Source: an uncultured Nitrososphaeraceae archaeon
GTDB lineage: Archaea; Thermoproteota; Nitrososphaeria; Nitrososphaerales; Nitrososphaeraceae
Assembly: GCA_963837175.1 (NCBI GenBank)
Contig: CAWIMJ010000051.1
Location: forward strand, 1 to 35,305
DNA length: 35,305 bases
Reading direction: 5' to 3'
Shown here: piece by piece, positions 31,649 to 35,305 of the stretch
How positions within the stretch are numbered: position 1 is the stretch's first letter
Layout of the letters: each line of letters opens with the position of its first letter
Made by a program: the position numbers and the translations under genes
The notes under the pieces: generated by a model
What the model was told of the DNA's origin: nothing
Database searches by the model: none
What the model saw: only the letters and a program-made list of their open reading frames with translations

Positions 31649-32704
31649 ATGTTAAATCACAGACTTATTCGGAAAGATCATTTAATCCTTATTGCTGCCG
31701 CACCTATGCTTATTATCGCTAGTTCATTAATTGGTATTGATGGCTATTTTGGCACTCCCAAGATTGCGTATAGTCAGTCAGAGCCAGATCAAATGAATTC
31801 CAATACTACGAATTCGGTAAATATACAGGATATCCCATTAGAAAAAGTCCGTGTCGGAGATATTGATGTTGCGTACAAGATGTTTGGCAAAGGTGAACCA
31901 ATTTTACTTTTCAATGGCGCTTCTGATGGAATGGATGCCTGGGACCCATCCCTTCTAACGGGTCTTTCTTCAAATCACACAGTAATTGCGTTTGATCAAC
32001 GTGGAATTGCAAATACAACAATTGGTTCCAAACCATACACTTATCAGCAAATAGCAGACGATGCAGCTGGTTTGCTTGATGCTCTGAAAATACCAAAAGC
32101 AGATGTTATGGGATATTCTCTTGGATCATATTTAGCCCAACAGCTTACAATCATGTATCCAAATAAGGTTAACAGCCTTGTTCTTATTGGATCATCATGT
32201 GGTGGAAAAGATCATACACCTAAACCACCTGAGTTTCTAAAATTGCAATCCGATGTGGTAAACAAATCTCTAAATAATATTCCACTCACTGCAGAGGAAA
32301 TAAAATCGCTTGTATCTGCCTCATTAGGATCAGCATGGATCAAACTACATCCTGAATCTGTTGACATTCCAGCAAACATTACTTCATTACAACAGCTGAA
32401 GCCTGGTTTGCCCCCTGAGGTAGCAAATAATCAGAATAATGTAGGAAAGCATTGGGAGGACAATCCAAACTGGAGTGGTGCTTGTGATGAGCTTGCGAAA
32501 TTGGATAAACCCACGTTGATCATAACTGGAACAGAGGATAATTTCTACGAGCCACATGTCAATTCTTTAAAGATTGCAGAAAAGATTCCAGGAGCCTGGC
32601 TTGTACAGATCAAAGGTGCAGGTCATGCAGCACCGGATCAATATCCGGAAGAGATGGGTAAAATAATGAATACATTTCTATCGACTACAACGCCACCTAG
32701 CTAA
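31649..32704 (+). CDS. Exported alpha/beta hydrolase
   Basis: Nucleophile elbow GYSLG, FDQRG, PTLIITGTED and GAGH. N-terminal signal/anchor ending AYS. Confidence 0.93.
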   Translation: MLNHRLIRKDHLILIAAAPMLIIASSLIGIDGYFGTPKIAYSQSEPDQMNSNTTNSVNIQDIPLEKVRVGDIDVAYKMFGKGEPILLFNGASDGMDAWDPSLLTGLSSNHTVIAFDQRGIANTTIGSKPYTYQQIADDAAGLLDALKIPKADVMGYSLGSYLAQQLTIMYPNKVNSLVLIGSSCGGKDHTPKPPEFLKLQSDVVNKSLNNIPLTAEEIKSLVSASLGSAWIKLHPESVDIPANITSLQQLKPGLPPEVANNQNNVGKHWEDNPNWSGACDELAKLDKPTLIITGTEDNFYEPHVNSLKIAEKIPGAWLVQIKGAGHAAPDQYPEEMGKIMNTFLSTTTPPS

Positions 32705-32868
32705 CGTAGGTATTATGTTGGAATAAGCTTATCCACTATATTCCCTGAGGTTAGGCACGTAATGCCATAACAAGACATCAAAATTGGGTTCAATCAAAAC
32801 TAAGGCTAGCGAAATGAGGTTCCTATAAATTTTATGTCTTCATGACTATTATATAATAAATTATATAT

Positions 32869-32909
32869 CGAGTTCGGTGGGATGCAGGATGGAATTGACT
32901 CTATTTTGC
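32869..32909 (+). repeat. Dispersed intergenic repeat, 3' copy (C)
   Basis: CGAGTTCGGTGGGATGCAGGATGGAATTGACTCTATTTTGC. Confidence 0.7.
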
Positions 32910-33090
32910 CACCCGGGAGAACTACATAAGAACAAAAATTAGAGATGAGGTGAGATTAGTATAGATATCCGTGTTGAAAGTAGATTCCTGTTGAGATTAG
33001 TAACCATAATTATTTAAGTATGTGAATATTTACAAAATGTTGAAAATGACATTGTTTTATGGTAAAATAAGAGTTTTATCATCCAATAAA

Positions 33091-34013
33091 ATGGTTAATT
33101 CTGCGGCAGTATTTACCTTAGCAGCAATTGTGTTAGCAAGTACCTTTGCCTCTGTTAATGGACAAGATAGTAGGGTAACGACATGGGGTTCTCTTGGATC
33201 AGCTCCTGGTCAATTTGACGATCCAGCAGGCATTGTTATTGATCCTAAAGGATATGTGTTTGTTGTTGATTCGGATAATGATCGAATTCAGAAATTTACT
33301 AGCAATGGCACTTTCATTGGTCAATGGGGTATCCTGGAAGTGGTCCAGGTCATTTTAATAACCCTTTAGGGATTACTATTAATTATGTAAGTGGAAATGT
33401 ATATGTAACAGATACCGGCAATGATCGAATTCAGAAATTTACTAACAATGGCACTTTCATTGGTCAATGGGGTATTCCTGGAAGTGGTCCAGGTCAGTTA
33501 TCTAGTCCAATAGGAATTGATGAGGATGAAGCTAAGCGAAATGTATATGTAACAGATTTGGGGAATAATCGGGTTCAAAGATTTACCACCAATGGCTTAT
33601 TTGTATCTACTTGGGGATCTCTTGGTTCAGGACCGGGCCAATTTAATAATCCTGGGAGAATCGCAGTAGATCCTTCTGGTAACTTGTTTGTGGCTGATCT
33701 TGGCAATAATCGTATTCAGAAGTTTGATGCTGGAGGTAAATTAATTACGATGTGGGGATCTCTTGGTTCAGGACCGGGCCAATTTCACAACCCAACAGGC
33801 ATGACAGTTCAATATCCTTCTGGCAATGTGTTTGTCGCTGATACAGGCAACAGTCGTATTCAGGAATTTGACAATAATGGAAAATTCATTAAGCAAATAA
33901 ATGCTGGTACCCAATTCGATAGCTCTGATAATATAGATTTGGATGTTGATTCGGATGGTAAAATATATCTAACAGATCGCAATGATGACAATATCATCAT
34001 ATTCTCACCATAG
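33091..34013 (+). CDS. Secreted NHL-repeat beta-propeller, 1-nt deletion near 33332
   Basis: Signal MVNSAAVFTLAAIVLASTFA, then repeats of WGSxGSGPGQFxxP..VxDxxNxRIQKF. The neighbouring duplicated blade shows the missing T. Confidence 0.92.
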
Positions 34014-34543
34014 AGAATAACAAACTCTTCCTAGATAATGGTTTAATATAAACATGTTAAGTATGAAATAAGTTTTGTTAATTTGTTTAATTGAATAGCT
34101 GTTTAATGCATCTATATACAAGACTTGCATTTTAGCCCTACTTCTATAAATAATTCAGCTTTAAAAGACTTACATTTTACTGATACCAATTGATACCATT
34201 TTTTACTGTCTGATTTCATCTAATATCTTCTAAACAGGAACATTCGTAAAACTCTTCCATTTGATTACTTTAAGATTTGAGTTGAAATGAATGGAATGAA
34301 TACTTTAATATAACAATTATAAATATTAGTGTAATCTTATCTTTAAAATGCCTTTGAAAATCTACAGAAAGATAACCCTTGTTATAACATTCCTCTCAGC
34401 GGTATCAATATTAGCATTCCATCAATAATCCCTACATTAGCATTATTCCCTAATAGTAATATAGATGGAGGAGAAGTTGAAGAATTCTAAGTTCTTATTG
34501 CAGTTGCAGCTGCATAGATTTTGCAACAACTAATGCTGTCTTT

Positions 34544-34963
34544 CTAACTATAAATAATTGCAATCATTGCTAAGAATATCAAAATAATTAATACAATAAG
34601 TACTATCCCACGCTTAGACGACTTCTGCTCCAAGAACCCCCTTGTCTTTTTAGCATGACAATTTGGACACAATGCTTGACAATTAGATATGTCATTGTTA
34701 GTTCTGTTACCATCTATATGGTCATAGTCCCATACTCCTGTACTTCTTTTGCAAATGGAGCACTTGTAATTTTGATCCTTTAACACTTCCCTTTTGACGT
34801 CGGCTGGAAAGTACCTTCGTTTTTTTGTCCTGTGTGTTAAATTCCATATTATTCCTACAATAATAACAATGAATACGAATACTCCAAATGCAGTATAATC
34901 AGAGGAATTGTTAGGTTCTGTTTCATTAGATGTCTCACTCTGTGCTATAACTGGGGTATTCAC
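34544..34963 (-). CDS. HNH endonuclease with transmembrane segments on both sides
   Basis: CSIC..DYDHIDGNRTNNDISNCQALCPNCH, flanked by TM AFGVFVFIVIIVGIIW and TM GIVLIVLIILIFLAMIAII. The frame stays open 23 codons further upstream, to 35032. Confidence 0.9.
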   Translation of the reverse strand: MNTPVIAQSETSNETEPNNSSDYTAFGVFVFIVIIVGIIWNLTHRTKKRRYFPADVKREVLKDQNYKCSICKRSTGVWDYDHIDGNRTNNDISNCQALCPNCHAKKTRGFLEQKSSKRGIVLIVLIILIFLAMIAIIYS

Positions 34964-35305
34964 ATATCCTATTACAAGATAACTAATGACAATTCCAAAA
35001 TAGGTTAAGCCTGCTGTGTGATTTATAAGTAATTAGTCAACTCCATTAGGCCATTTTAAAAGATATTATCTAAAAACTTTGTCGACTGGTAACTGCAAAT
35101 CACCGGATTACGGAAGTACTTGAACCAAATTGACAGAATTTATAGCCCAATTCACATTAAAGACACAAAATCATTAAGAATTACTAACCCAGCGGGTGTA
35201 TACGCTTACTATTATATTATTTCTCAAATTTAATAAAAGCTTTAATAATTCAACATATTTTTTCAATAAGAGAAGCAAATTATAGTTGGAAAGTGCATTG
35301 TTGTA

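Noticed and set aside
2351-32096. Antisense or shadow ORFs (2351, 3955, 5954, 6749, 6962, 11559, 12906, 16683, 19372, 20999, 23984, 28089, 28198, 29724, 30664, 30795, 31911)
   Set aside because: They overlap well-supported genes on the opposite strand or in another frame and carry no motifs.
32878-32942. Dispersed repeat as a coding micro-ORF (VGCRMELTLFCH...)
   Set aside because: The frame is not preserved among copies (early stop in D, no start in A), so a non-coding role is favoured.
1-35305. CRISPR array, tRNA, rRNA, integrase or viral hallmark genes
   Set aside because: None seen by eye. The near-identical repeats lie inside NHL genes or are dispersed, not regularly spaced.

Overview
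AT-rich window (about one third GC by eye) with no housekeeping, rRNA, tRNA or CRISPR genes. I infer a soil ammonia-oxidising archaeon (Nitrososphaeraceae-like) from the archaeal-type Hsp20, the small Cys-rich proteins, the long signal peptides ending in AYA/AxA and the TATA boxes about 25 nt upstream of start codons. It is an accessory region with three themes. (1) Stress and redox genes: Hsp20, CBS pair, DUF1059, cytochrome P450, DJ-1/PfpI, a SWIM finger, a glutaredoxin-like protein and a Zn-ribbon microprotein missing from the ORF track. (2) Many exported proteins: two purple-acid-phosphatase-type metallophosphoesterases, five beta-propellers (2 NHL, a PQQ sugar dehydrogenase, a Vgb-like protein, Kelch), an alpha/beta hydrolase, an FxLYD protein and a WWQW-motif protein. 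(3) IS debris: an IS6 abutting a truncated IS630, a second decayed IS6, an IS5 with both IRs and an IS5 end fragment. Many genes are split by 1-nt indels, often in homopolymers, so some 'pseudogenes' are probably sequencing errors. Best leads: a dispersed ~60-70 bp intergenic repeat with a hairpin (5 copies, all on +), a divergent polytopic-membrane/secreted-WWQW gene pair, an HNH nuclease flanked by two membrane anchors, and the CxxC-CxxC-GGCGCGHSH microprotein. None is demonstrated to be a new system from sequence alone.
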